Origin: Squalus acanthias
Lineage: Eukaryota
NCBI GenBank assembly: GCA_030390025.1
Contig: CM059433.1
Location: 23,314,001 to 23,378,000, forward strand
Length of the DNA: 64,000 nt
Reading direction: 5' to 3'
A program made the translations under genes and the position numbers. This document shows, piece after piece, positions 11,236 through 24,407 of this stretch (position 1 is its first letter; the number at the start of each line of letters is the position of its first letter). The notes below the pieces were generated by a model, which did not search any database, was not told where the DNA came from, and saw only the letters and a program-made list of their open reading frames with translations.

Positions 11236-13892
11236 ACAATTGGTCGGTTGTTTACTGAATCTGGATTGTTTTTGTGGTTGAGAGATTTGCAATAGGTGGA
11301 TGATTTCTAATAGGTGGATGATTTCTCTCCCGGCCAAGACAGCAGTTATACCGTCATGATTGTCTTGATGCAAAATAGTTTTGGATGCACACTGATATGA
11401 AAGTGTCGGTATAACTAAGGTCTCAGGTCCTGCATGTACTAAAGCCCCGCACTATAATAGACCTCCCCCGGCATGACATTGCACACTGTTTTCAGTTAGT
11501 TCAGTATGCACCAGATGCGGTATAATACCAGTTTAATTGGAAGTTAAATTTTAAGCAGGCTTTTAGAGAACTTCTGGAATTTTTGATGACATTTTTGACA
11601 ATAGAACTGAAGCTTCCTCCTGCACTCTCCTATTATTGAAGTTGGTTGCTGGGGAAATGGAGCGCTGCAGATACATCCAAGCATGCACAGAGCATCTTTA
11701 TGGTTGACCTTACTGTGACCTGGAGGGATGCCTGCCAGCATTGTACCTCCAGACTACTCGCTGTGCATTGCATTCTGCGGCTACCAGTCAGAGACCGATA
11801 GCTGCAGTGTAACTGTAGCCTTAATCATTTGGTTTCTTTTGGACTCTTGACTCATCGGCCGTTGTGCATCGTGCACCGTAGGTTCAGAACAATGACTAAT
11901 TTCAGGTCACAAACTGACCTTAGCTGCTTGACTTGACTGATTGTTCTCGCCTTATCTTTGTCAGAGGCTTTTACCACTCTTGACATTCATTATCACTCAG
12001 GTGTAATAGTCCTGACAAAGGAAGATGGGCTGAGGGAGGAGAAATTGAACTGAGAAGAACAGCAGGCCATTAAGTGTGAAATTGATTTCTTTATATCTTC
12101 TTTTGTAGCTTCGCTCTTGATTGAAGGCACTTGAAACGCAGTTTCCAAACGTGGACTGAATCCATTCTGTACACTGAAGTTACAAATGCAGATGATACTT
12201 AATTGATGCCCTTGCTATCCAAGAGGTAATTAACTTTAGTTATAATGGGTCTGTAAAAAGACAGTTATCAATATTATTTGTGGCCATCTTAATGCATCAA
12301 CTGAGCTTCATAACTTTTAAATAAAACATACTTTTTTGAACTTTAACTATAAGGCTGAGCTTAGCAGAAAACAGGTAATTCTATTATTTCAAACTGGCCA
12401 AGGCATTTGCTGGAATGGCATCTGCTTAAATAATATATTTAATATAATTGATAGTTGCATTGCATAGTGCTCTACAATAGAGAGTGATAATCCTCAACCT
12501 TCTGATTAAATTAGTAAACATTAATAATATCATTGGATTTTCATGACCTGCTCTGTTGCAGACCAGAATGCAATAAGCAAATAATAATATTTATCTCATT
12601 TCAATTAACATGCAAGTAGAAGCTTTTCAAATTTATTATTTTCGGGAGAGATAAGTTTATTCTTATTCAGGAGAACTTTTAAAGCAAATGAGTAATTACC
12701 AGGGAAGGCACTTGGACTCATGAAATAATTAAGGGGAGTACTGTCCTCTGTGCAATACTTTTCGTTCACTGGCTATTGCATTCCCATTAAATTCATGTTT
12801 GCTCTACTTTAAGACAGGCACTAACCTGTTTAAAATAAGCATGCTAACCACTACACTAAAATAAAGTGGCCTAGAAATTGGAGGTGTTAACGCTGACTGT
12901 TAAGGCCCGTTTTGGTAGACAGAAATGGCGGCCGCCTCACTTCCACCCGCTTCTGGTGGGTGGGGTGGTGGCCACCATTTTCGGCAGGTCGGCAGCGCTG
13001 CCGTTGCCTGACGCACGCTCATCCATTTTGGAGCTCGCCGCTCCTCTTACCGCCCTCTCCAAAGCACGCCTGTGTGTGCAGCCGTAGACAGTGCGGAGAG
13101 GCGGGAGAAAGCGGCGCTGAGCTAGAACCCATACAGTAAACAGCTGCTGGGATAACTGTTAACTATGGAGAGCTATTGGAGTGACTTTATCACCATGTTT
13201 GGAATGAATATTGGACACAGATGGGTAAAGCAAAATCAGTTTATTGAGAGGTTAAAAGTAAGTCATCACTCAGTGCTCACACCACACGCCATGTGTTTGA
13301 TGCTGGAAGCAATCAATGTAGCACATAAATCAATATTGCTTTAGTAGACTCAGTTAGGCACACAAAATTTCCTTGGAGCAGCTCCTATTCTGTCACTGTA
13401 AATTGGCAGGAAGTGCAGCGGAAACACCATTTTCATGCATATAGAGAGTTTCCACCGCACGTTGAGTGAAGTTACGGACCTACTCTGGAGCGGGAGCAGC
13501 TCCGAGGAAATTCTCAGCAAATGTCATTTGAATTAAATAACTACTATGCATCTGAAGCCATTGCAAGAGCCTAGGATTATATTCATCTCGTTCTCAGTGG
13601 CAGGTAACAAGAACTAAACTCCTGGGTGGTGCAATCTGGCGATACAAACTCTGCACTACCTCCTATTTGAAGCAGAAAAGAAAATAGTGAACGTGAAATA
13701 GTTTATTCAATTGTTGCTACTCGCCCTGGCATCTGTCCTGCTCAATCCATTACAAGTACAACTAACTTCCACCTCCATCACACCCACCCTTACCTCACTT
13801 TTTCCACCTTTCAAATCCTTATCTATGCTTTCAGTGTACCTCCTTATACCAACTGCAAATTGTTCAAAGCTTCATTGGCTGCACCCTATACT

Positions 13893-14342
13893 GCCGTGGC
13901 TCAGTTGGTAGCACTTTTCGTCTCTGAGTCAGAAGGTCGTGGGTTCACAGTTCCACTTCAGGGACTTGAGCTCAAAAATCTAGTACTGAGTGAGCGCTGC
14001 ACTGTTGGAGGTGCTGTCTTTTGGATGAGATGTTAATTCGAGGCCCTGTCTGCCCTCTCTGACAGACGTAAAAGATCCCATGGCACTATTTTGAAGAAGA
14101 GCAGGGGAGTTATCCCTGGTGTCCTGGCCAATATTTATCCCTCAATCGACATAACAAAAACAGATTATGTGGTCATTATCACATTCCTGTCTTTTTGGGA
14201 TCTTGCTGTGCACAAATTGGTTGCCGTGTTTCCTACATTACAACAGTAACTGCACTTCAAAGGTACCTCATTGGCTGTAAAGTGCTTTGGAATGGCCTGA
14301 GGTTGTGAAAGTCGCTATATAAATGCAAGTCTTTCTTTTCTT
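13893..14342 (+). mobile_element. tRNA-derived Deu-domain SINE (SacSINE1-like), near full length
   Basis: A box TGGCTCAGTTGG, B-box-like GGTTCACAGTTCC, Deu core (gatcccatggcactattt...cctggccaatatttatccctca) and an L2-type tail. Confidence 0.8.
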
Positions 14343-14879
14343 TATCAGTCCAACGTACCCATCAACTCTGTCCTTACTGACTCGCTGGGGGAGAAATTGG
14401 ATGTCATTGCACCTATTTTCTGTGTGGAAAACGGTGCAAGGAGGTCCAATTTAGGGGGTCAATCTCCTGCGCCCGAATAGCATCAGAAACATATCCAACA
14501 CCATATTAGTTCAGGCACAGTAGAGGCCTCCCTGGCGGCCTCTTTTACAAGGCACCCTTAAAAATTACCATTCTGAAGTACTCTATTTTCTCAAATTAAA
14601 AAGTTTACTTTTGTCAAAGTATTTAGATAGCTGAGATGAAGGAAAAACAGCTGCTAAGGACTGCATCTTCAAAGACCAAATGAAGGACTTCAGCAAGTCC
14701 AGTTCTCTCAGCTTATTTCTAATCCTTGAGCAAGGCCCCAACAAGCTGAGAGAGCTGAAACATTCCCCTGCCTGAGGTCAGGCAAGGTCACATACTAGAA
14801 CGATAAACAGTAACTGTTAGAGTGCCTGGGGTCTTACAGTCAATGGTTTCTCCCCCTCCTGGCCCTCACAGTCCCTCCA

Positions 14880-15130
14880 CTATTGCCTTCTCCGTGTTTG
14901 GTAGGTGACCGGAAGCTCAGGGTCACGCTTGCGGACTGAATAGAGGTGTTCCACAAAGCGGTCATTCAATCTGCGTTTGGTCTCCCCAATGTAGAGGAGA
15001 CCGCATCGTGAGCAGCGAATACAGTATACTAATTGAAAGAAGTACAAGCAAATCACTGTTTCACCTGGAAGGCGTGTTTGGGGCCCTGGACGGTGGGAAG
15101 GGAGGAGATAAAAGGGCAGGTGTTGCATCT
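14880..15130 (-). mobile_element. Penelope-like element GIY-YIG endonuclease fragment
   Basis: LVYCIRCSRCGLLYIGETKRRLNDRFVEH is the PLE GIY-YIG signature. It is inverted relative to the adjacent PLE terminal repeat (15135-15173 plus 19361-19470). Confidence 0.85.
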
Positions 15131-15709
15131 CCTGTTTTTCCAGTTGTGACGAAAGGTCATCAACCTGAAACGTAGGCCGGAATTTTCACATTGCAGAGCG
15201 TGTGGGTTTGGGAATGGGTTGGCGGTTAAAAGCGCTGAAATTGACAGCGCGTCGGGAATCCACCGTCATCCCGCTGACTTCTGCGTTTAACTGGGGCGCG
15301 TTTCGAAGTGCGCCACAGACCCACTCGGGAGAGGCGGGCGAACTCATTGAGGTAGTTAACTGCTCGTTTAGAGACCCTTAACATGAGGTTTCAACTTGAA
15401 CTGGTTGCGCACGGGATTCACGGACCTCGGGAACCTCGCCTGTGAAGGCGAGGCGGGAGCTCAGTGGCCATTGTGCTACTTCATTAAGTGACAGCTGGAA
15501 AAAGAACATAAATACACACACCTTACACCTGCTTCCTTGCCTAAGGGAAAGGCTCTTGCTGACACCATTCAGTGCAGAGATTTTGCTTTCAGGAGTTTGC
15601 AGGTGATTTCTGCAAGCTTCAGTCACTCTCACCAACATGCAAGTCACTCTCTCTACACTGGAGGATTGTGCCTCTGATCTCCACTTTACCTGCTATCTAT
15701 CAGATCAGC

Positions 15710-16920
15710 ATGGGTGCCGCTTATGCTGTTTCACCTTGGACCTCAGATTCGGACCAAGATGAGCCCCAGCACCAACAACACCAGCCACACCAGCAGCAAA
15801 GCACCAGAAACAGCAGCAACAACCCCAGCAGCTTCTCCTCAACGACCTGATGCTCCACAAGAGAGAGGGGATCAGCACAGGGGTGCACTGCGCCGGAAGG
15901 CGATACCCCCAACACAGGGTATACAAGGCAGAGGATGAGCTTCCTCAACATGACTGAGCAGCAGTGCTTCAGGAGGCTCAGGCTATCGCGCCAGGTTGTG
16001 GCAGACATTTGTAGCTTGCTGGAAGAAGACCTGCTGCCCAGGATACCTGGTGGACACGCCTTACCAGTGGCTGTCAAAGTCACCACCGCCCTCAACCTCT
16101 TCACCTCATCAGGGTGCTTCCAGGGATCTGCAGCAGACATTTGCAGGATCTCATAGTCGGCTGCCCACAAATGCATCACCCAGGTGACCGATGCCATGTT
16201 TCACAAGTCAGCCACTTATGTAGACTTTGCCACTGATGAAGCCAGTGTCACTGAGCGGGCGCTCAGCTTTGCGGCTCTGGCTGGCTTCCCACAGGTGCAG
16301 GTCGTCATCGACTACACACATGTGGCCATCAAGGCACCCCCACATCACCCAGGAGTGGTTGTGAACTGGAAGGGCCTCCACTCCCTCAATGTGCAGCTCG
16401 TCTGCAACCATAAAAAGACCATCATGCATGTGTGTGCGAGATTCCCTAGGAACTGTCATGACTCTTTCATCCTGTGCCAGTCCACCCTTCCTCAGCTCTT
16501 CACACCTCCAAACAGACTTACCGGCTGGCTGCTTGGAGACGAGGGCTATCCACTGAAGACGTGGCTGAGGACACCCTGGAGGAGGCTAAGCATTGAGGCC
16601 AAGGAGCGATATAATGAAAGCCACATGTCCACCAGATGTGTCATAGAGCAAGCAATCGGCATGCTGAAGATGCGCTTCAGCTGCCTTGACAGATCTGGAG
16701 GAGCCCTTCAGTACACACCAGCCAGGGTCTCCAGAATCATTGTGGTATGCTGCGCGCTGCATAACATAGTGCAGCAGCGAGGATTGGAACTGCAAGAGGA
16801 GCAAGGCACAGCTTCTTCTTCTTCTTCGGAGGAGGAACCAGAGGTGGAGATGGCACCAGAATTGGTGCACATTGCTGCCTGGGAGGCCCAGGATGGCCTC
16901 AGAATGGCCCAGGTTTACTT
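15710..16920 (+). pseudogene. Harbinger DDE transposase (frameshifts, in-frame stop near 16154)
   Basis: DDE triad in VIDYTHV, GDEGY and [14 protein letters not shown]-rich N-terminus. Confidence 0.9.
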
Positions 16921-17219
16921 AAGTTGCACCGTGCACCTATATGGCTCCCAGATGCAGTACCAACTTCCCCCACCCCCCACAAACACCACAAAGCAGTCCT
17001 AAAATGACCCAAGCCATCCCTGTCAACCAAATACCCATTGCTCGAGGTTAAGTAATGTCTCACCATTCACTCCAAGTGACAAGGCCAGTTCCCAGAAAGC
17101 AGGAAAAAATGGACAAGACGGAAAAGTAGTGCAAAGAAATAAATTTATGTGCGTCCTAAATTGAACTGAAACTTAACACTAACATTTTGTCAAACACCCA
17201 TGTGCATACCCTTATGCAT

Positions 17220-19058
17220 CTATGATTGTGTCTTTTTTCTTTTCCGAGTGCTTCGACAAGGTGCAACCCCTGTGGCTTCAGCAGAGGTAGAGGCAGGCTG
17301 CTTACTTCCCTGCTGCGACTGCTTAGACACTTTTGGCCGACGTCCTCTGGGTTTTGGAGCCTGTGAGGGCCCCGTCAAAGACTGCTCCTCCTGAAACTGT
17401 GCAGGGGCAGACTCGGCCATCAGGATCCAAGGCAGCACGTGGGGCTCTGACTGAGGGGGAGGCAACAGGGGAGAAGTAAGCAGAGCCCGCACTTCCATGT
17501 CCCTTCTTACCATCATCCCTCTCATGGGCCACCTGCACTTCCCTGCTAGCAAGGAACTGGAGAGCACCTTGCTGCACATCAGCGGGGCGCTGAACGCCCA
17601 AGTCTATGTTGGTATCCCTCCTAGAGATGAGGTCAATGAGAGTCTGCAATCTGTTGTCCACAGCAAGCATGTTCTTGTTCGACTGGCACATTAGCTGCTC
17701 CATGCAGGTGGCCATCCTTTCCTTGAAACAACCCATTGTTGCCATCACCTGCGATATGGTGGTGCTCATGTTGGAGATGGACTCCTCCATTCTCGAGACA
17801 ATTGCACACATCGCGGCTGGAAAAGCTGCCAGAGACTCGCGCATTTGTTGCTGCTCCTCCAAGATCAACCTCTTTGTCGATAGCCCCCGAGGCTCAGCGT
17901 CTGCATGCAGCTGAGCAGAACTTGGAGCGTTCTGCACCCTTCGTCAAGGACTCTCCACTACTGTCCCCGTCTCCACCATCTGCTCTTGCTCACTTGTGAT
18001 GTGTACGACACCAGATGACAACACTACTCTATGTCTCGCTGGACCCACCTATATACACGTATCTGCGCTCATGCTGGGTGCGCATGGGTCTGGTGATGGT
18101 GCACCTTCAGACAATGGAGCTTCCTCTGAGAGGTCATCTTCCTCCTCCGGCTGGACAGTGTGGGGGTGAAGGGGACTTGATGGACCTGTGGGAGAGTAAA
18201 GAGATGAATTAGACCTCTTATGATAAGAATGTGTAATGTTACCATTAGGCACATGATGATACTTCACTAGCTGCTGACATCAGTCACCATGAGTGACTGT
18301 TGGATGCCATGTGGGGGATATTTAATTCTGTCACCAGGTTGCTGGGTGTTTCCCCTCTCTCTGTCTCCCACCGCCATTAGCTCAGTCACTCCACTTAATT
18401 CGACAGCCTCCTCCTCTGCAGGCAGTCAAACTTGTATATATTGGAGGGCTACCACCAGTTCTCTCTCTTTCTCTCCTGTTCTGCACTCTCTTCTCCTGTA
18501 AAGAGGGAAAGAAGAGAACTTTGTGTGAGAGTGATGGAATGAGTGTAAGGGAAGTATTACTACATCTGTAGAGGGTGACTATGAGGGAGTGGCATGACAT
18601 TGCCAAATGGTGTCCTTCTGTAGTGTTACTTTGTGGAATTGCATTAGGATGAGGGTGAGTGTCAGTGGTGGATAGTCAGATGGGGATGTGAGTAGGTGCA
18701 TAGACAGTGAGGGATGGCTGCACCTGCAAGGTAGATTGGTGTAAGGAGTGAAGGCAGAGTGATGGAATTGGGGTGACAGGCACATCAGGGTGTATTTGAA
18801 TGTGGCATTGTATTCACCTTTCCTGACCTCATGAGGTCACTAAATTTCTTCCAGCATTGAAATCAGGAGCGGCTGATAATACCCCTGCTGTTCACTTCTT
18901 GGGAAATCGCCAGCCATGCCCTCTTGGTTTCTCTGGCTGCTCTTTTCCTGCCGCCGCCAGGGAATAGGAGCTCCCCGCATTTCTCTGACTCCCTGGACCA
19001 GGACTTTCAGGGAAGCATCTGAGAACCTGGGCGCAGCATTCTGACGCTGTGACTCCAT
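17220..19058 (-). pseudogene. Three-exon Myb/SANT-like Harbinger ORF2, degenerate
   Basis: Exon 1 MESQRQNAAPRFSDASLKVLV...QCWKKFSDL; exon 2 EKRVQNRRERERTGG; exon 3 coiled-coil ending RSTRKRKK. Confidence 0.8.
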
Positions 19059-19489
19059 GTTGGCTTGCACCCACACAAATCTCTGCGCTATCGAGCAATT
19101 GCCACCTCTCCCAACCTTCTCCAACAACCTTCAACTGTGATATGTGCAAGGCTCCTTTAAATATCAGAGCTGAAAACGAGTCATCGGTGATGTCATCAGA
19201 CCCTGCTCCATTTAATTGGCCGGGAAACCCGCATGGTTGTTTCAATTGATGCAATTGAGTTAAACGCGCAGTGCAGAACGCGCTGTTGTAAACTTCGGGA
19301 TGGCGACCTGCTACATGGCCCGCACGCACCCGCCCCGACTCTAAGGTAAAGATTCCAGCCATTATCTCTGTTTCTCTCTCCACAGATGCTGCCTGACCTG
19401 CTGACTATATTCAGCATTTTCTGTTTTTATTTCAGATTTCCAGCATCTGCAGTATTTTGCTTTTTATTTTTAGATACATTTAAGTATCC

Positions 19490-20590
19490 AATGAAGATCA
19501 TTTTTAGATTGTTGTTTTTCAGATATCAGAAAGAAACCCTCCTCTCAATCACTACCAGTTGCTCAGTGTATTTCTTGCAGTGATCAATTTTGTTTTGTAC
19601 TATTCTATAGGATTACAGTATATACAACCACTGGCAGAACTGTGTGCACAGTATTCAGTCTATTGTCAGTCAAGACTATGAGCGCATTGTGGATAGATTT
19701 ACCATAGCAGCTAATTCATGACATTTTTTCAGCATTGTAATTACAGTCAGTAAAGGAATTATATAGTCAAGTCTGTATCATAGATGCATGTAAAGCCCAG
19801 TTATACTGCAATATTTTCCATCGTCTAATGTATTTATGGAGCCCTCAATGTATTTCCAATACAAATAAAACTGAAATAACTTTGAGTCAAGTTCAGTAAA
19901 ACTGCTCAGAATTAAAACCTTACTTTTCATCCTCACAGAACTTGAAAGCACACATGACCAGTTTAAGGTTATTATGAATACTTTTTTGCAGACGCTCAGA
20001 CTGAAAGCACTGGATTGGATTTTTTCATATCTAATAGCAATTTCAGTTCAATACCTGGCCAGCTCAACACTTACAGATCAGTCTGTTAGCTGCACAGCAT
20101 CCTGTTCCTTTGATCTGAGTGTTTTAGCTACCGTTCACCGTGATGAATAATAAATCTGCAGGATGATTTTGAGAATTCCATGGTTGTTTATTTTGCTGGA
20201 ATTTCTACTGAATGCTGTGAAATGGAGTCTGCGGAGAGAGTGGACGGTAATTTTCCAGTGATGGAAGATTCGATTGGTGGAGTGCCAACATCAATTATTG
20301 AAGTCAAATGTTTTCAGAAAAGAAAATTGGAATTAATATCTGTGTTTGAAGCAAGTGATTCAGGAGGAGTGGTGTACAGGAAGGAAAACATGGCCATAAA
20401 TTGGAAAAGGGAAAGTGTCACACATTGAAGATTGGTTCATCCAGCGGTTAGCAGGAGCCCAATCAATTCTTACAGCAACAGCTGATGGACCGGAGGTTGA
20501 ACTGATAATATCAAGTTGTGCAAATTGCTTAACATCACTTACATTTTGAATAGCGAGGATGTGGTCTATACCTCTTTACCTACAATTTCT
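19490..20590 (+). repeat. Arm A of a ~1.1-kb inverted duplication
   Basis: Reverse complement of 44695-45838; 19881-20409 is identical to 45443-44915. Confidence 0.95.
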
Positions 20591-20689
20591 AAATGATTAG
20601 GCTGGACAATATTTACAGTTGCAGTATGAGATTTCGATCTATTTTGAGAGGTTTCTTGATTGAAAAAAACAAGAAGAAAAGTATTGCTT

Positions 20690-21128
20690 CTTCTCCAAGT
20701 CCCGTTCACCATTCACCCTTGTGTTCGCTGACCTACATTGGCTCCTGGTCCGGCAACGCCTCGATTTTAAAATTCTCATCCTTGTTTTCAAATCTCTCCA
20801 TGGCCTCGCTCCTCCCTATCTCTGCAACCACCTCCTGCCCTACAACCCTCCGAGATCTCTGTGCTCATCCAATTCTGGCCTCTTGCCCATCCTCGATTTT
20901 CATCGCCCCACCATTGGCGGCCGTGCCTTCTGCTGATTATGTCCTAAGCTCTGGAATTCCCTCCCTAAACCTCTCCACCTCTCTAGCTCTCTCTCCTCCT
21001 TTTGGTCACCTGTCCTAATATTTCCTTATGTGGCTCATTGTCAAATTCTGTTGGATAACGCTCCTGAGAAGTGCCTTGCGATGTTTTGTGACATGAAAGG
21101 CGCTACATAAATGCAAGTTGTTGTTGTT
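20690..21128 (+). mobile_element. L2 LINE 3' fragment
   Basis: LHWLLVRQRLDFKILILVFKSLHGLAPPYL (L2 ORF2 C-terminus) and a tail aaatgcaag(ttg)n. Confidence 0.85.
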
Positions 21129-21229
21129 TAATTCTGCAAGATTGATTAAAAAAAGCTGCTTCTTTACAAAATGTCAAAAAAGGCCTCTGTTTTGGAGGCA
21201 GTTCTTTTGAAGTTTTTTAGGTGATGAGT

Positions 21230-22250
21230 CATAGAATTTACAGAACAGGAGGTGGCCCATTCTGCCTGTATTGCAGCTAACTCTTTACCCAGACCTATCG
21301 ACTTTAATTCAGTTTTCACTGAATGCTTTTATATTCTAATTTTTCAAAAGCTCGTCCAGTTCCCTTTTAAATAATGTTACGGCCTCTTTTGGTGAAGCGT
21401 TTGAAGTTCTAATAACCCTCTGTGCAAAAACATTTCTTCTAACTATTTGATTTGTTCTTCGAGTGATAATTCTGATTCTGGACCCATTACTCCACCAACC
21501 AGTGGAAACAACCTTTCACTAATTAATCTCCCAATGCCCATTATAACCTTGAAAAACTTTATTAGATCCCCCTTTAATTTTCCCATTTCCAGTGAGGAAA
21601 TCTTGAATTTTTTGAGTTTTTCTTCATAGCTATAACCTCTTGGTAGCATTCTAGTTAATGCTTGCTATACCATTCCCATGACTTTAATATCCTTCGTATA
21701 ATGAGGTGTCCAGAACTGCCCACAATAGGGCTGATTTCCCGATTGGCTGCTGCTCCCAATAAGCGTTAATTCTCACCGGGAGTGCCCACTCGGAGAATCA
21801 GCCCTAATATTCTGATTATAGTCCACCAAAGATACAGCAGATGAATGGGAGTATTCCCGTGGAAATTCAACCCCAATGTCTTAGACAAATTAGATATTTC
21901 TTCCTTGCTTTTACATGAAATTCCTCCATGTATAAAACACAAAATTTAATTTCCATTTTTATGGCCTTTCCTACTTCCACTCCCACTTTTAAAGGTCCAT
22001 AAAACCCTTCTGTGCCTCTATTCGCCCACTCTGTTAAAAGCCTTACCATTTAGGATATACTTCCTTTAACTCTTTTTCCCGAAATGCACAACTGTACATT
22101 TGACACAATTGAACTGCCTATGCCACTTATCTGAGCATTCCCCTAACTGCCTATGGCCCCTTGCAGTCTTTTGATTCTTCCTCACAGTTTGCCCTGGCCC
22201 CCTAACTTAGTATCATCACCAAACTTTGTATCATTCTGACAATCTGAAAA
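21230..22250 (-). mobile_element. Degenerate CR1 RT 3' region
   Basis: YSYEEKLKK...SLE..KLKGDLIKFFK and GDDTKLGG motifs. Confidence 0.7.
21727..21805. mobile_element. 79-bp mini-MITE (Harbinger-type)
   Basis: AGGGCTGATT...AATCAGCCCT with a perfect AAT TSD, inside CR1. Confidence 0.7.
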
Positions 22251-22912
22251 AAAGGTCCATTTACCCTCACACTTTGCATTCTGTCTCTTGGTATGAAAAC
22301 GAAGGCATTTGGTATTAAAGGGAATCCAGATGAATAGAAGGATGGCAAAGAGACTTCTTAGATGGAAATTTATCAAATGTCCTTCCAAACTCCATGGCCG
22401 CGATTTTGCCGGCGCTCAGGGAATGGGTTTGGAGGCGGGTTAGGCGCTAAATTTGTAAAAAGAAATGCCAGCGGGTTCCGATCCCACCGTCAACCCGCCT
22501 CCGTGCAACTTTGCCAAAGGCGGGCTCGCAGACTCCCGTTCGGTCCCGCCGCTTGGCCCTTAAGGCAGTTAACTGGTTGTTAACCGCCTGTGTAATCCTA
22601 TTTTGCCTGCCCTTTTAAATTTAACCACATTTTCAGCGTGTTCCACGTCGTTCCCAAACCATGTCAGCTAAGTGTGGTGGGTTCACAAGTGGCTGCCTTC
22701 TTGACAGCTTCAGCGCCACCATAAAAACGGAGCTTTCAACAAGGATCAGTTGCAGATGGCAGAACTTTGTTTTTCAGGTCTTGGAAAAATTTTTGCAGGT
22801 CTACTGATTTTGGAAGTGGTGAAGTTGAGATCCATCTCCAGTGTGGCCTCCTGGGAAAACCCTCTCCCCACATTGACTGAGCACTTCCTCAACTGAGATA
22901 TCTACCAGCAGC

Positions 22913-24150
22913 ATGGGAACCAATTATTTCCTTTCATCCTGGTCCTCAGAGTCGAAGGAAGAGCAGCCCCGGCAGCAGCAGAACCAGGAACAACAGCAGC
23001 AGCAACAACAGGAGCGCCAACCTGCTGCTCACCCACCTGAAGCTGCACAGGGCAGAAGGCGTCAGCGCAGGGAAGCACGTCGCCGCAGGAGATACCCCCA
23101 GCACAGGGTTTACAGGCCGAGGAGCAGCTGCCTCAACATGACTGAGCAGCAGTGCCAAAGGAGGCCGAGACTTTTGCGAGAGGTAGTCGCTGACATCTGC
23201 GCAATGCTGCAGCAACACCTGGAGCCCAGAGGAGCGGGTGGACACCCCTTACCAGTGGCTGTCAAAGTCACCACTGCAACTCAATTTTTTTGCTTCAGGG
23301 TCCTTCCAGGGATCATCAGCAGACATCAGCGGCATCTCCCAGTTGGCCGCACACACTAGCCTCACGCAGGTAACCGATGCCCTCTTTGCCAAGGCGCACA
23401 ATTACATACACTTCTCGATGGATCAAGCAAGTGTAACCACGCATGCGGTTGGTTTTGCAAATATGGCAGGCTTGCCAACGGTGCAGGGCATCATAGACTG
23501 CACACATGTGGCCCTTAGGGCACCCCATCACAACCCAACTGTTTTTGTCAACCACAAGGGCTTCCACTCCCTCAACGTGCAACTGGTGTGTAACCACAGG
23601 AAGGAAATTTTGCATGTTTGTACGAAGTACCCTGGCAGTTGCCATGACTCGTTCATCCTGAGGCAGTCTAGTGTGCCTCCACTCTTCAATCCGCCAAACC
23701 AACTTTCTGGGTTGTTATTTGGAGACAAGGGCTATCCCCTGAAGACATGGCTGATGACGCCGTTGAGGAGGCCATCGAGTGAAGCTGAGGAGCGCTACAT
23801 GCCAGCCACATTTCAACCAGATCTATCATCGAGCAAACCATCGGTTTGCTGAAGATGCGATTTAGATGCCTTGACAGATCAGGTGGAGCCCTACAGTACT
23901 TAGCAGCCAGGATCTTCAGAATCATCATGGTCTGCTGTGCACTGCACAACATCGCACAGCATCATGGCTTGCAGCTGCCTGAGGAACAAGTGGCTCAGTG
24001 CATAGCCTCCTCAGAGGAGGAGGAGGAGGAGGAGGAGGAGAAAGAAGGTTTGGCAGAGGCAGATGAGCCAGCTGCAGCAGCACGCGAGCACATTGCTACC
24101 CGTGATGCAAGGGATGCAATAATCTTTGCCAAATTCGCTTCGGTAGATGA
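22913..24150 (+). pseudogene. Harbinger DDE transposase with ~2 frameshifts
   Basis: [47 protein letters not shown]; poly-Q N-terminus and poly-E C-terminus. Confidence 0.9.
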
Positions 24151-24407
24151 ATCAATCACATCTGGTTGGCACCTTCTTATCACACCATACACAATGGACA
24201 AGAACATGTGGGTTCCTATCACTCTCACCACCATCATTACAAATGCAAGTCGCCCTGAGCCCTCAATGTGCAAGTTCCATTTCCCAGATAACATAGGCCA
24301 GAACTTCAACTGTTTGCCATCACTTCTGTTTATTCAATGCACAAAAGGATGGCAATGACAAAAATTAAATGCAACAGAACAGATCACCCAAGTGACTACC
24401 CTTGTGA

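Larger units (their letters stand above)
15175..19360 (+). mobile_element. Harbinger DNA transposon B (near full-length, disabled)
   Basis: TIRs GGCCGGAATTTT...AAGATTCCAGCC enclose convergent transposase and Myb genes. It splits a PLE terminal repeat. Confidence 0.85.

Noticed and set aside
13893..13965. tRNA gene
   Set aside because: It is a SINE head continuing into the Deu domain, with no complete cloverleaf. The same applies at 49630-49702 and 56455.
16184..17002. Host HARBI1 gene
   Set aside because: It lies between TIRs with a partner Myb gene and has upstream frameshifts and a stop. It is a transposon copy, not the domesticated gene.
19990..20170. Ancient L2 RT origin of the inverted-repeat core (ALDWIFSYL...SVSC resembles ALxWFxSYL)
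   Set aside because: No GVPQGS motif and the spacing to any YADD-like motif is wrong. Too weak without a profile search.
20140..20212. C/D box snoRNA (GTGATGA...CTGA)
   Set aside because: No convincing terminal stem or recognisable guide; such boxes occur by chance.
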